From: an uncultured Oscillospiraceae bacterium
Lineage (GTDB): Bacteria > Bacillota > Clostridia > Christensenellales > Aristaeellaceae
Direction: 5' to 3'
Length of the DNA stretch: 50,824 bases
NCBI GenBank assembly: GCA_964565845.1
Contig: CAZMGO010000002.1
Coordinates: forward strand, 1 to 50,824
In this document: in pieces, positions 1-10,334 of the stretch
How positions within the stretch are numbered: position 1 is the stretch's first letter
Layout of the letters: every line of letters begins with the position of its first letter
The notes under the pieces: model-generated
What the model was told of the DNA's origin: nothing
Databases searched by the model: none
The model's input: the letters and a program-made list of their open reading frames with translations, nothing else
Made by a program: the position numbers and the translations under genes

Positions 1-861
1 GCATACGGCTTTGAAGCCGCGGCGGAGATCGTGTCCTTCCGTCCCACCGAAAGGCTGGAAACGGTGCGCGCAAACATGATGCGCATGGACGGCGAAGCGT
101 TCGAGGCGTTTATGACTCGCCGCGGCTGGCATTGGCGCAGGGGCACCGTGCCCGGCGCGTATCTGGTGGCGCAGGCGGGCAATCTGGCAAACGATCCGGA
201 CTATTATTCCGGCGAGTTTTCCGTTCAGGGCGAAAGCTCGATGCTTGCGGCGCGCGCCGTGGAGCCGCGTCCGGGCATGACCGTGCTGGATGCCTGTGCG
301 GCACCCGGCGGCAAGGCAGCGCTGATGTGCGAGCTGATGCGCGGAACCGGTCGCGTGCATGCGTGGGATCTGCATGAGCATCGCGTGCAGCTGATCAAGG
401 CTGCGGGCAAGCGGCTGCGTCTGGATAATCTGCGCCCCGCCGAACGCGACGCCTCCGTGCGCCGCGAGGACATGGAGTGCCAGATGGACGCCGTGCTCGT
501 CGACGCACCCTGCTCGGGTCTGGGCGTGATGACCGACAAGCCGGATCTCAAATACCGCGTGACCGACGAAGGCATTGAGTCGCTGAAGGCGGAGCAGAAG
601 AGGATACTGGACACCTGCTCGTCCTATGTCAGGGTGGGCGGCCTGCTGGTGTATTCCACCTGCTCGATTCTGCCGGAGGAGAACGAGAAGCAGGTGGAGA
701 GCTTCCTTTTGAACCATCCGGAGTTCAAGCTGGATGAGAGCGATATGTGGGTTCCGGAGAAGCTGAAGCCGCGCTTCCATAACGGCATGCTGGCGCTTCT
801 CCCCTGCCGGGACGGCGTGGAAGGATTTTTCATTGCGCGCATGCGGCGCGTGAGTCTGTGA
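1..861 (+). CDS. rsmB: 16S rRNA (cytosine-C5)-methyltransferase RsmB/Sun, C-terminal catalytic part; the 5' end lies outside the window
   Basis: Frame 1 is open from base 1 to the TGA at 859-861, so the gene is cut by the window edge. SAM-binding motif VLDACAAPGGK. Catalytic Cys motifs DAPCSGLG and YSTCS. First gene of the conserved Firmicute rsmB-rlmN-prpC-prkC-rsgA-rpe order. Confidence 0.85.
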   Translation, partial: AYGFEAAAEIVSFRPTERLETVRANMMRMDGEAFEAFMTRRGWHWRRGTVPGAYLVAQAGNLANDPDYYSGEFSVQGESSMLAARAVEPRPGMTVLDACAAPGGKAALMCELMRGTGRVHAWDLHEHRVQLIKAAGKRLRLDNLRPAERDASVRREDMECQMDAVLVDAPCSGLGVMTDKPDLKYRVTDEGIESLKAEQKRILDTCSSYVRVGGLLVYSTCSILPEENEKQVESFLLNHPEFKLDESDMWVPEKLKPRFHNGMLALLPCRDGVEGFFIARMRRVSL

Positions 862-1916
862 TGAGCGAGAAAAACGAACTGCTGAGCCTGACGTATGAGG
901 AGCTGGAAGGCCTGATCACCTCGATGGGCGAGGGGAAATTTCGGGCGAAGCAGGTTTTTGAGTGGCTGAAGCGCGGCGCGGACTTTGACGAGATGACGAA
1001 TCTCTCAAAGTCTCTGCGCGAGCGCCTTCGGGAAACCTGTCTGGCCAATCCCGTGACCATTCACGAAAGCGTCACCTCGAAGCTGGACGGTACCGAGAAG
1101 TATCTTTATGAGCTGCCGGACGGAAACCTGATCGAGGGCGTGCGCATGCGGTATCATTACGGCGATACGCTGTGCCTGTCCACGCAGGTGGGCTGCCGAA
1201 TGGGCTGTGCGTTCTGCGCGTCCACACTGGACGGCTGCGTGCGTTCGCTGACGCCGGGCGAAATGCTCGGGCAGGTAATCGCCGTGAATCGGCGCATCGA
1301 GCTGGAGAGTTCGCGCGTGCACAACATTGTGTTGATGGGCAGCGGCGAGCCGATGGATAACTACGACAACGTGGTCAAATTCCTGCGGCTTCTGAATGAC
1401 CCGCGCGGACTGGGGCTTTCGCTCCGAAACGTGTCCCTGTCCACCTGCGGGCTGGTGCCGAAAATGAAGCGCTTCGCGGACGAGGGTCTGCCGGTTACGC
1501 TGTCGGTTTCGCTGCATGCGCCCAACGACGAGGTACGCAAAAGGCTGATGCCGGTGGCCAACGCCTATTCAATGGACGAGCTTCTGGCTGCCTGTCGGCT
1601 GTACATACAAAAGACGGGGCGGCGCGTGATCTTCGAATACGCGCTGGTGCGCGGCGTGAACGCCGACCTCGCCTGCGCGGACGAGCTGGCGGCGAGGCTG
1701 CGCGGCATGCAGTGCCACGTGAACCTGATTCCACTCAATGACGTGAAGGAGCGCAATCTGCTGGGGCCGACCGAGGAGATGATTTCGGCGTTCCGAAAGC
1801 GATTGGAGGACAGGCATATTTCGGTCACGCGCCGCCGTGAAATGGGCGACGATATTCAGGGAGCGTGCGGGCAGCTGCGCCGTTCCCGTCTTTCACAGGA
1901 ACCATACGGAGGATGA
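858..1916 (+). CDS. rlmN: 23S rRNA/tRNA (adenine-C2)-methyltransferase RlmN (radical SAM)
   Basis: Radical-SAM CxxxCxxC motif in QVGCRMGCAFCAS. C-terminal GACGQL motif. The start is GTG 858 or ATG 861 and overlaps the rsmB stop. Confidence 0.9.
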   Translation: MMSEKNELLSLTYEELEGLITSMGEGKFRAKQVFEWLKRGADFDEMTNLSKSLRERLRETCLANPVTIHESVTSKLDGTEKYLYELPDGNLIEGVRMRYHYGDTLCLSTQVGCRMGCAFCASTLDGCVRSLTPGEMLGQVIAVNRRIELESSRVHNIVLMGSGEPMDNYDNVVKFLRLLNDPRGLGLSLRNVSLSTCGLVPKMKRFADEGLPVTLSVSLHAPNDEVRKRLMPVANAYSMDELLAACRLYIQKTGRRVIFEYALVRGVNADLACADELAARLRGMQCHVNLIPLNDVKERNLLGPTEEMISAFRKRLEDRHISVTRRREMGDDIQGACGQLRRSRLSQEPYGG

Positions 1917-2644
1917 CTATGAGGGTATACTGCGCGACCAACATCGGATGCGTGCGAACGCTGAACGAGGATTCCTACTACATGCCCGTAGACGGTCAGA
2001 AATTCATGGCCGTCGCCGACGGCATGGGCGGGCATCGCGCCGGGGAAATCGCCAGCCGCATGGCGGTGCGCGTTTTTTCCGAGATTCTTCAGCAGGAAAA
2101 GACTCCGTCACCCGAACGGCTGCGCTATGCGTTCAACAAGGCAAACCGGGACGTATATCTGGAGTCCGAGCGCGACAGCGCCAAGCGAGGCATGGGCACG
2201 ACGATGACCGGCCTCTGGTTCGGCGAAAATGACGTGCTGCTGGGCCACGTGGGCGACAGCCGCGCCTATCGTCTGCGCGGCGGACATATCGAGCGGCTGT
2301 CAAACGATCATTCCTATGTGGAGGAGCTGGTTCGAAGCGGCGTGATTACGCCGGAAATGGCGCTTACCCATCCGCAGCGCAATGTGATTACGCGCTCCAT
2401 CGGCCCGTGGCCGCGCGTGGAGGCGGACATTGCGCGCTTTGACGTGCAGAAGGGCGATGTGTGGCTTCTGTGCACGGACGGTCTGACGCGCTATGTGCCC
2501 GACAGCGATCTGGAGCTGGCGCTGAACTCACCCAATCCGCGCAACGAGCAGGTTGGCGCGCTGATCAATGCGGCGCTTCAGCGCGGCGGCGCGGACAACG
2601 TTACGGTGATGCTGATTACCGGGGAGGGGGACGCTCATGAATAA
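1913..2644 (+). CDS. prpC: PP2C-family Ser/Thr protein phosphatase (Stp/PrpC)
   Basis: Motifs LNEDSYY, AVADGMGGH, LCTDGLT and GGADNVTVM. ATG at 1913 or 1919 directly follows GGAGGA (1907-1912). The ORF-track start at 1865 lies inside rlmN and is probably too long. Confidence 0.88.
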   Translation: MTMRVYCATNIGCVRTLNEDSYYMPVDGQKFMAVADGMGGHRAGEIASRMAVRVFSEILQQEKTPSPERLRYAFNKANRDVYLESERDSAKRGMGTTMTGLWFGENDVLLGHVGDSRAYRLRGGHIERLSNDHSYVEELVRSGVITPEMALTHPQRNVITRSIGPWPRVEADIARFDVQKGDVWLLCTDGLTRYVPDSDLELALNSPNPRNEQVGALINAALQRGGADNVTVMLITGEGDAHE

Positions 2645-4454
2645 GCTTGTCTCCGGCCGGTATCGCATTATGGGCATCATCGGAACCGGCGGCATGGCGG
2701 TGGTATACCGCGCGTGGGATGAGATTAAAAAATGCACGGTGGCGCTGAAGGTTCTGCGCCCCGAATTTGAGGCGGACAGAGATTTTGTGCGTCGGTTCGA
2801 CCACGAGGCGATTGCCGCCTCGAAGATGTCGCATGAAAATATCGTGAAGATGTACGGCGTGGGAATCGACGGCGACATGCGCTATATCGTCATGGAGTAC
2901 GTTAACGGTTCCACGCTCAAGGAAATTATCCGCAGGGAAGGGCGGCTTACACCGACAAAGGCCGTGCGCTATGCGCTGAAGATTCTGGCGGCGCTCGACC
3001 ATGCCCACAAAAACAGCATCATTCACCGGGATATTAAGCCGCAGAACATCCTCGTCGATCAAAACGGCACCGTGAAGGTGGCGGATTTCGGCATTGCGCG
3101 GCTGGTCAACGCGGCGACGGGTACGATTTCGGACACGAAGACGGCGCTTGGCTCCGTGCACTATGTGTCGCCCGAGCAGGCAAGCGGCGAGCATGCGGAC
3201 GCGAAGAGCGATTTGTATTCGCTGGGCGTGGTGCTTTATGAAATGCTGACCGGCACCGTGCCCTTTGACGGCGAAACGGCGGTCGCCGTGGCGCTCAAGC
3301 AGGTGAAGGAGAAGCCGCGCAGCATGCGCTCGTATCATCGGGATATTTCCCGCGGGCTGGATGAGGTGGTGCAGAAGGCGCTTGAAAAGAAGCCGGACGA
3401 TCGCTATCAAACGGCGGCGGAAATGGCGCACGATCTAAAGCGCGCGCTGCGCATGCCGGGCGGCGGCTTTATTGCCGGGCTGGACGAGGGCTACAACGGC
3501 GATTCCACGCCGAGTGCGTTCAGACAGTATATGCAGACCAAGGGACTGAACCTTCTGCTGGCGCTGCTTGCCTGCGCAACGGTGCTCGCGATTGTGTCCG
3601 TCGGCGTTGTGAAGATTTCCGACATTCTCTACGGCGTGGATATTCCGAATGTGACCGGCTACACGCGGGAAATGGCGGAGCAGATTCTGTATAACTACGA
3701 GCTGGAGCCCAACGTGATCGAGATATACGACGATAACGTGGCGGCGGGCGACGTTGTGATGCAGGTGCCGGAAACGGGCGAGCGAGGCAGACGCAGCGAT
3801 CAGGTGGATATGTACGTGAGCTTAGGCTCTGTGCCCGTGGAGCTGCCGAATACGGAGGGCATGACGCTGGCGGAGGCGCGAAGCACGCTGTCCTTGAGCG
3901 GTTTCGATCGGCTGAACGAGGAATACGTCGTCGTTTCCGACCAGCCGGTGGATACGATTATTTCACAGGAGCCAAACGACGGCACGGCGCAGCCGGGAGA
4001 GATCATCACGCTGAAAATCAACAGCGTGGAAATTCCTACGCCGCAGCTGATCGGAAAGCTGAGCAGCGATGCGGAAATGACGCTGAACAGCGTGGGCTTG
4101 AAGCTGGGAGACGTATCGACGGGTTATTCGCTGGATGACCCGGCGGACACCGTCATCGTGCAGTACCCGCTGGCGGGCACGCCGCTGGTGCGCGGAAGCA
4201 AGGTAAACATCACCGTTTCGCTGCCGAATCCCACGGTGTATTATGCGAAATACACGGTGTTTGTGCCGCTGAAGATGAATGTGCGCGTGGAGATGACAAC
4301 GCCGTCGGGCATAACGGAGGAGCTTTTCAACGATACGGTGAACGCCGACGAGTACATGGAGCTTGAAATGAAGAGCGAGGAAGAGGGCGTGCACGTCGTT
4401 TCCGTTTATTTCGACGGAGAGCTGCATGAGAGCGAGAACGTGGAGTTCAAATGA
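2637..4454 (+). CDS. prkC: Hanks-type Ser/Thr protein kinase with extracellular PASTA repeats (PrkC/PknB type)
   Basis: Kinase motifs GTGGMAVVY, VALK, HRDIKPQNIL, DFGIA and SPEQ. One TM segment (LNLLLALLACATVLAIVSVGVV), followed by repeated PASTA-like units (PNVTGYT.., LPNTEGMT.., PQLIGKL..). 8-nt overlap with prpC. Confidence 0.9.
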   Translation: MNKLVSGRYRIMGIIGTGGMAVVYRAWDEIKKCTVALKVLRPEFEADRDFVRRFDHEAIAASKMSHENIVKMYGVGIDGDMRYIVMEYVNGSTLKEIIRREGRLTPTKAVRYALKILAALDHAHKNSIIHRDIKPQNILVDQNGTVKVADFGIARLVNAATGTISDTKTALGSVHYVSPEQASGEHADAKSDLYSLGVVLYEMLTGTVPFDGETAVAVALKQVKEKPRSMRSYHRDISRGLDEVVQKALEKKPDDRYQTAAEMAHDLKRALRMPGGGFIAGLDEGYNGDSTPSAFRQYMQTKGLNLLLALLACATVLAIVSVGVVKISDILYGVDIPNVTGYTREMAEQILYNYELEPNVIEIYDDNVAAGDVVMQVPETGERGRRSDQVDMYVSLGSVPVELPNTEGMTLAEARSTLSLSGFDRLNEEYVVVSDQPVDTIISQEPNDGTAQPGEIITLKINSVEIPTPQLIGKLSSDAEMTLNSVGLKLGDVSTGYSLDDPADTVIVQYPLAGTPLVRGSKVNITVSLPNPTVYYAKYTVFVPLKMNVRVEMTTPSGITEELFNDTVNADEYMELEMKSEEEGVHVVSVYFDGELHESENVEFK

Positions 4455-5335
4455 TGAACAGGGGAACGATACTGCGCGGAATCGGCGGGTTCTATACGGT
4501 GCTGGACGAAGAGGGACGGTCGTATACGCTGCGCGCGCAGGGAAAAATCCGCAAGGAGCGGCTGACGCCGCTGGTGGGTGACGAGGTGGAGTTCGTCCCC
4601 GGAGAGGAAGGGGAGGACGGCTGGCTGACGGCCATCCTGCCGAGGAAAAACGCCTTTGTGCGCCCGGCGGTCGCCAATATTGACGAAATCGTCATCGTAG
4701 CCGCGGCCGCATCGCCCAAGGCGGATCCGCTTTTGATTGACCGGATGCTGATTGCCGCGCAGAAGGCCGGCGTTGCCGCATGTGTGTGCGTGACAAAGAG
4801 CGATCTGGACGGCGAGGCCGCCGAGGCGCTTCTTCGGCAGTATGCGGGTGCGGGTGTCTTTGAGGCGCGTACGTGCGTGCGCACGGGCGAGGGCGTTGAG
4901 GCGCTGAAGGCGCATCTGCGGGGAAGGACGCATGCGTTCACCGGGCAGTCCGGTGCGGGAAAATCGAGCCTGATCAACGCGCTGTACAGCTTCGAGCTGG
5001 AAACGGGCGGAATTTCGCGTAAAATCGAGCGCGGAAAGCACACGACGCGCCGCTGCGAGCTGATTCCGGTGGAGGGCGGCGGTCGGGTGCTGGATACGCC
5101 GGGCTTCAGTCTTCTGGAGACGGAGCTGATCGAGCCGCGCCTGCTGGAGGAGCAGTATGCCGAGTTCCGTCCCTATGCGGGCCAGTGCCGCTTTGTGCCG
5201 TGCTATCACGTGACCGAGCCGGATTGCGCCGTGCTGCGTGCGCTTCGTGCCGGAGAAATCGCGCCAGAGCGATATGAACGATACCGGGAATTGCTGAACG
5301 AAATGAAGGAAAGGTGGAAAAACCGATATGATTAA
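4451..5335 (+). CDS. rsgA: Ribosome small-subunit-dependent GTPase A
   Basis: Circularly permuted GTPase with P-loop GQSGAGKSSLINAL. C-terminal zinc motif CRFVPCYHVTEPDC. ATGATG overlap with the prkC stop. Confidence 0.9.
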   Translation: MMNRGTILRGIGGFYTVLDEEGRSYTLRAQGKIRKERLTPLVGDEVEFVPGEEGEDGWLTAILPRKNAFVRPAVANIDEIVIVAAAASPKADPLLIDRMLIAAQKAGVAACVCVTKSDLDGEAAEALLRQYAGAGVFEARTCVRTGEGVEALKAHLRGRTHAFTGQSGAGKSSLINALYSFELETGGISRKIERGKHTTRRCELIPVEGGGRVLDTPGFSLLETELIEPRLLEEQYAEFRPYAGQCRFVPCYHVTEPDCAVLRALRAGEIAPERYERYRELLNEMKERWKNRYD

Positions 5336-5987
5336 GGTGGCTCCTTCGATGCTGGCAGCGGATTATCTGCATCTGGATTCGGAAATCGACAAGGTTGTCG
5401 CATCCGGCGCGGATGTGCTGCATTACGACGTGATGGACGGAACCTTCGTGCCGGGCATTACCTTTGGTCAGGGCATCCTGAAAATGATTTCAAAAAAGCC
5501 CATTCCCATGGATGTGCATCTGATGATTGCAAATCCGATCAAGCATGTACGCGAGTTTGCCGAGGCGGGCGCAAGGTATATCACCGTGCATCAGGAGGCG
5601 GCGAATTTTGAGCTGAAGGATACGCTGCGTGCGATTCGCGAGGCAGGGTGTCTGGCGGGCGTGTCGGTAAAGCCGTTTACGTCGGTGGACGCGATTGCGG
5701 ACGTGCTTGGCGAGGTCGATCTGATTCTGATTATGACGGTCGAGCCCGGCAAGGGCGGCCAGAAGCTGATTCCGTTTACCGTGGATAAGGTGCGGCAGGT
5801 GCGCGAAATGTGCAGGCAGGCAGGCGTAAGCCCGGTGATCGAGGTGGACGGCGGCGTGAATCTGGAGACCGCGCATCTCGTGACGGAGGCAGGCGCGCAG
5901 ATGCTGGTGGCCGGCTCCGCGTTTTTCAAGGCGAAGGATCCTGCCGAATTTGTGAAGGCGCTCAAGGCCATGCCGCAGGCGGAATAA
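5328..5987 (+). CDS. rpe: Ribulose-phosphate 3-epimerase
   Basis: VAPSMLAADY, HYDVMDG, MTVEPG and EVDGG motifs. Conserved position after rsgA. Confidence 0.9.
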   Translation: MIKVAPSMLAADYLHLDSEIDKVVASGADVLHYDVMDGTFVPGITFGQGILKMISKKPIPMDVHLMIANPIKHVREFAEAGARYITVHQEAANFELKDTLRAIREAGCLAGVSVKPFTSVDAIADVLGEVDLILIMTVEPGKGGQKLIPFTVDKVRQVREMCRQAGVSPVIEVDGGVNLETAHLVTEAGAQMLVAGSAFFKAKDPAEFVKALKAMPQAE

Positions 5988-6026
5988 GCCGGAAAACGAT
6001 ATTTGACAAAGAAGGGGAAAACGGAC

Positions 6027-6617
6027 ATGGAAGCACTGAAGCAAAGGATTCGTCAGAGCGGACGCGCGCTCAACAGTGATGTACTGCTGGTGGACATGTT
6101 TCTGAACAATCAGGTGGACTGCGCGCTGATGGACGAAATCGGCGCGGAATTCAAGCGCCTGTTTGAGGCGGAGGGCGTGACGAAGGTTATTACCATCGAG
6201 TCCAGCGGCATCGCTCCGGCAGCCATGACGGCGCTTCGCATGGGCGTGCAGATGGTCATTCTTAAAAAGGCGACCTCGGTCATCCTGTCCGATGGCATCA
6301 TGCAGACGGAGGTTTTCTCGTTCACGAAGCGCACGTCCTATCAGCTGACGCTGAAGACGGAGTTCATTCAGCCCGGCGAGCGCGTGCTGCTGATCGACGA
6401 TTTCCTTGCCAACGGCGAGGCGGCGCTGGGCGCATCAAGGCTGATTGAGCGCGCGGGCGGCAAGGTCGTTGGCATTGGCGCGGTCATATCAAAAAACTTC
6501 CAGCCCGGTATGCGTCGTCTGAAGGAAGCGGGATACAAGGTGAAGAGTCTGGCGGGAATCGAAAAAATGGGCGAGGGCTTTGTGGAATTCGCCGACGACG
6601 AAGAGGAGCAGGCATAA
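6027..6617 (+). CDS. xpt: Xanthine phosphoribosyltransferase
   Basis: N-terminus MEALKQRI.. and PRPP-binding loop LLIDDFLANGEA, with Xpt-like length. ATG 6027 lies 8 nt after GAAGGGGA. The ORF-track TTG at 6003 is less likely. Confidence 0.85.
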   Translation: MEALKQRIRQSGRALNSDVLLVDMFLNNQVDCALMDEIGAEFKRLFEAEGVTKVITIESSGIAPAAMTALRMGVQMVILKKATSVILSDGIMQTEVFSFTKRTSYQLTLKTEFIQPGERVLLIDDFLANGEAALGASRLIERAGGKVVGIGAVISKNFQPGMRRLKEAGYKVKSLAGIEKMGEGFVEFADDEEEQA

Positions 6618-7399
6618 TGGAACGACTGAGTAATGTAAAGTGCTTCCTGCTGGACATGGACGGCACGTTCTATCTGGGCGGCAGGCTGATTGACGGCTCG
6701 CTTTCCTTTATTGAGCGCGTGCTGGAAACCGGCCGCGATTTCCTGTTTCTGACCAATAATTCCAGCCACAACGCGCGGTTTTACGTGGAAAAGCTCAAAA
6801 AAATGGGGCTGGAGGTTGACAGATCCAAAATTCTCACATCCGGCGAAGCAACTGCGGCGATCGTGCGGGAGCGGTATCCCGGCAAGCGGGCATTTGTGCT
6901 GGGCAATGAGTTTCTTGTGGAGGAAATGCAGGAGGCGGGCGTGGTTGTAGACAACGAGAACCCGGAAATTGTGGTTATCGGCTATGATACCACGCTGGAC
7001 TACCGCAAAATGACGGCGGTATGCGATTTTGTGCGCGCCGGACTTCCGTATATTGCGACGCATCCCGATTTCAACTGCCCGACCGAAACCGGCTTTGCGC
7101 CGGATATCGGCGCGATTATGGCGTTTATCGAGGCGTCTGCCTTCCGCCGTCCGGAGCTGATTGTCGGAAAGCCCCATGAGGGCATTGTCCGTGCGGCGCT
7201 GGCGCGCACCGGCTGCAGGGCGAACGAAATGGCCATGGTGGGCGACCGGCTGTATACCGACATTGAAACGGGTCTGCGCAACGGCATGCTGTCCATATTG
7301 GTGATGAGCGGCGAAACGACCGAGGCAATGCGTCTGGCGAGCGAGACGAAGCCCGATTTGGTGTTTGGGCGACTGAGCGAAATGAATCGCTATCTATAA
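6617..7399 (+). CDS. HAD-IIA family sugar-phosphate phosphatase (NagD/YutF-like)
   Basis: HAD motif I (LLDMDGTFY), motif IV (GDRLYTDI) and a class IIA cap region. TAATG overlap with xpt. Confidence 0.75.
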   Translation: MERLSNVKCFLLDMDGTFYLGGRLIDGSLSFIERVLETGRDFLFLTNNSSHNARFYVEKLKKMGLEVDRSKILTSGEATAAIVRERYPGKRAFVLGNEFLVEEMQEAGVVVDNENPEIVVIGYDTTLDYRKMTAVCDFVRAGLPYIATHPDFNCPTETGFAPDIGAIMAFIEASAFRRPELIVGKPHEGIVRAALARTGCRANEMAMVGDRLYTDIETGLRNGMLSILVMSGETTEAMRLASETKPDLVFGRLSEMNRYL

Positions 7400-7419
7400 T
7401 TGCAGAAGGGGGACGTTTT

Positions 7420-8199
7420 ATGTCCGAGGTGATGTATCTGTGGAAGGAGACCGCGCCGTACAGCGAGTTTTCGCCCGAACAGGCGCAGCCGAGCCTGACA
7501 CCCTTTCCCGTCTCCGGTTCGAGGGGCGCGGTCATCGTGATTCCCGGCGGCGCGTATTGCATGAAGGCGGAGCATGAGGGCGCGCCGATTGCGAAAATGC
7601 TCAATGAGGCGGGCATCAGTGCCTTTGTGCTGGATTATCGCGTGTATCCGTGTCATAAGCTCGCGCCGCTGGCGGACGCAAACCGCGCGGTGCGCCTTGT
7701 TCGGTCGATGGGCTATGAGAGGGTGGCCGTGCTGGGCTTCTCCGCAGGCGGCAGCCTGTGCTGCAATGCCGCAACGCATTATGATGCGGGAAATCCGGAC
7801 AGCGATGATCCCATCGAACGCATTTCCTCACGTCCGGATGCCTTCGTTCCCTGCTATGCCGTTGTCAGCATGATTTCCTACACGCACAAGGGCTCCGTTC
7901 ACAATTTGCTGGGTGACGAGCAGGATAAGGGCAGTGATCTGCGCTTTTTCTCTGGCGAACTGAACGTGACGGACGATACGCCCACGGCGTTCATCTGGCA
8001 TACGGCTGCGGACAGTGCGGTTCCGGTGGAGAACAGTTTGGCGCTGGCAAAGGCGCTGTCCGACCACCGCGTGCCGTTTGAACTGCATGTGTTTCCGCAG
8101 GGCGAGCATGGCTTGGGGCTGGCGGAAGGAAATCCCTCGGTCAGGCAGTGGAGCCGACTTCTTCAGAACTGGCTCGTTTTCGGCGGCTACGCACAGTGA
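7420..8199 (+). CDS. Alpha/beta hydrolase (esterase, Abhydrolase_3-like)
   Basis: Nucleophile elbow GFSAGG. Oxyanion-region IPGGAY. C-terminal GEHG. RBS GAAGGGGGA upstream. Confidence 0.7.
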   Translation: MSEVMYLWKETAPYSEFSPEQAQPSLTPFPVSGSRGAVIVIPGGAYCMKAEHEGAPIAKMLNEAGISAFVLDYRVYPCHKLAPLADANRAVRLVRSMGYERVAVLGFSAGGSLCCNAATHYDAGNPDSDDPIERISSRPDAFVPCYAVVSMISYTHKGSVHNLLGDEQDKGSDLRFFSGELNVTDDTPTAFIWHTAADSAVPVENSLALAKALSDHRVPFELHVFPQGEHGLGLAEGNPSVRQWSRLLQNWLVFGGYAQ

Positions 8200-8292
8200 C
8201 GCATACATAAATTACCGCATGCGTTTTTGCAACCATGCGCGCCCCGCGCCGGTCTAAACAGCGTGAATCAAAAAGACAGGAGTGACGCGGAT

Positions 8293-9525
8293 ATGAAAAA
8301 AAGACTCATTGCGCTGATCCTGCTTCTGGCGCTGCTTCTGACCGGCTGCGGATACGTGGCCGTTGAGGATACACAGCGCCGGACGCTCGGAAGCCTTCTG
8401 TTCCCGGCGGCGTACGCGGAGGGGGAAGGGTTGACCGAGGAACAGGAAACGGCGGATGCTACAGAGGATGAAGGAAGCCAGACGGAGACGCAGGCTTCCT
8501 TTTCTGAACCCCAAAAGCTGGAAATCGGCGCGAGGGGCGAGGATGTAAAGGAGCTGCAGGCGCTTCTGATTCGGCTGGGCTTTATGAACGGCAGCGCGGA
8601 CGGCATTTACGGCTCGAAGACGGAGGGCGGCGTGGCGCTTGCGCGGGCGTATGTTCAGGAGGTGGAAGCGCGCGCAAAGGCGGAGCGTCAGGCAGCGCTG
8701 CGCGAAAAGCTGGCACCCGTGGAGGAGATGGCGCTTCAGGCGCTGAACGCGCTGATCCCTGCGGAGGGGAACGAGATCACGGCGGAGCAGGCAGGGCTTG
8801 CATTCCGGACGATTGTCGATGAGACGCAGGAGGCGAGCGGGGAGATTACGGCAGAGCGCGTGCGGGACTTTCTGAGGGATGAGCTGCCCGCCTATGTGGG
8901 GGATCTGAAGTATGGCGCGCAGCGCAGCGACATTCGTCGGCTTCAGACGCGGCTGGTCGGCAAAAACTATCTGCCCAGCGGCATAGACGGACAATATGGC
9001 GCGAACACGAAGGCGGCGGTTTGTTATTTCCAGCGGGAAAACAAGCTGGAGGAGACGGGTATCGCTGATGAGGAAACCCAGCTTCTGCTGTTCTCGGAGG
9101 ACTGCAAGGCCGCGCAGCGTCCGTCGCATAAGTATCGCGTGGAGATCAACGTCAGCCGCCAGAAGGTGTATGTGTACGAGTGGTACTACGGCGCGTATTC
9201 GAAGCTGGTAAAGACCATGACCTGCACCACGGGCGCCGTCGATACGCCGACCCCGCTAGGCAGCTACAAGATGGGCGGGCCATGCGGACGCTGGTATTAC
9301 TTCAAGAAATTCGACTGCTGGGCGCAGTACGCTACGCGCATCGTCGGCGGAATTCTGTTCCACTCGGTTTTGTATTCGGAAAAGGACGAAAGCACGCTTC
9401 GCAAGGGCTCGGTCTATGCGCTGGGCACGCGCGGGTCGCACGGCTGCGTCCGCCTTGCCGTGGAGGACGCGAAGTGGATTTACAACAACGTGTCCGCCGG
9501 GTCGACGTGCCGGGTGTATGCCTGA
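8293..9525 (+). CDS. Lipoprotein L,D-transpeptidase with two PG_binding_1 domains and a YkuD catalytic domain
   Basis: Signal peptide plus lipobox (MKKRLIALILLLALLLTGCG). Two peptidoglycan-binding repeats (DGIYGSKT.., DGQYGANT..). Catalytic GSHGCVRL. Start moved to ATG 8293. Confidence 0.8.
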   Translation: MKKRLIALILLLALLLTGCGYVAVEDTQRRTLGSLLFPAAYAEGEGLTEEQETADATEDEGSQTETQASFSEPQKLEIGARGEDVKELQALLIRLGFMNGSADGIYGSKTEGGVALARAYVQEVEARAKAERQAALREKLAPVEEMALQALNALIPAEGNEITAEQAGLAFRTIVDETQEASGEITAERVRDFLRDELPAYVGDLKYGAQRSDIRRLQTRLVGKNYLPSGIDGQYGANTKAAVCYFQRENKLEETGIADEETQLLLFSEDCKAAQRPSHKYRVEINVSRQKVYVYEWYYGAYSKLVKTMTCTTGAVDTPTPLGSYKMGGPCGRWYYFKKFDCWAQYATRIVGGILFHSVLYSEKDESTLRKGSVYALGTRGSHGCVRLAVEDAKWIYNNVSAGSTCRVYA

Positions 9526-9601
9526 CGAGGAGATTGGCGTACGCGCGCCTGCACGAATCCGATTTAACGGAAAGTATGCGAATAAGTTTACCTTTTGAGC
9601 G

Positions 9602-9630
9602 TTTATCGACCGAGCGGATTATGGTATTAT
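9602..9630 (+). promoter_or_regulatory. Candidate sigma-A promoter of the pyrR leader (TTTATC - 17 nt - TGgTATTAT, extended -10)
   Basis: -35-like TTTATC at 9602-9607. TG at 9622-9623. -10 TATTAT at 9625-9630. Confidence 0.4.
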
Positions 9631-9632
9631 AG

Positions 9633-10304
<672 letters not shown>

Positions 10305-10334
10305 AGGTTGATTACATTTGAGGGGGTAACACGT

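Noticed and set aside
5988-6026. Looked for a purine riboswitch upstream of xpt, and also upstream of guaB at 16363-16390. Also noticed a TTGACA at 6003-6008.
   Set aside because: The intergenic regions are only about 40 and 28 nt, too short for a roughly 70-nt aptamer plus expression platform. No matching -10 follows the TTGACA at 6003.
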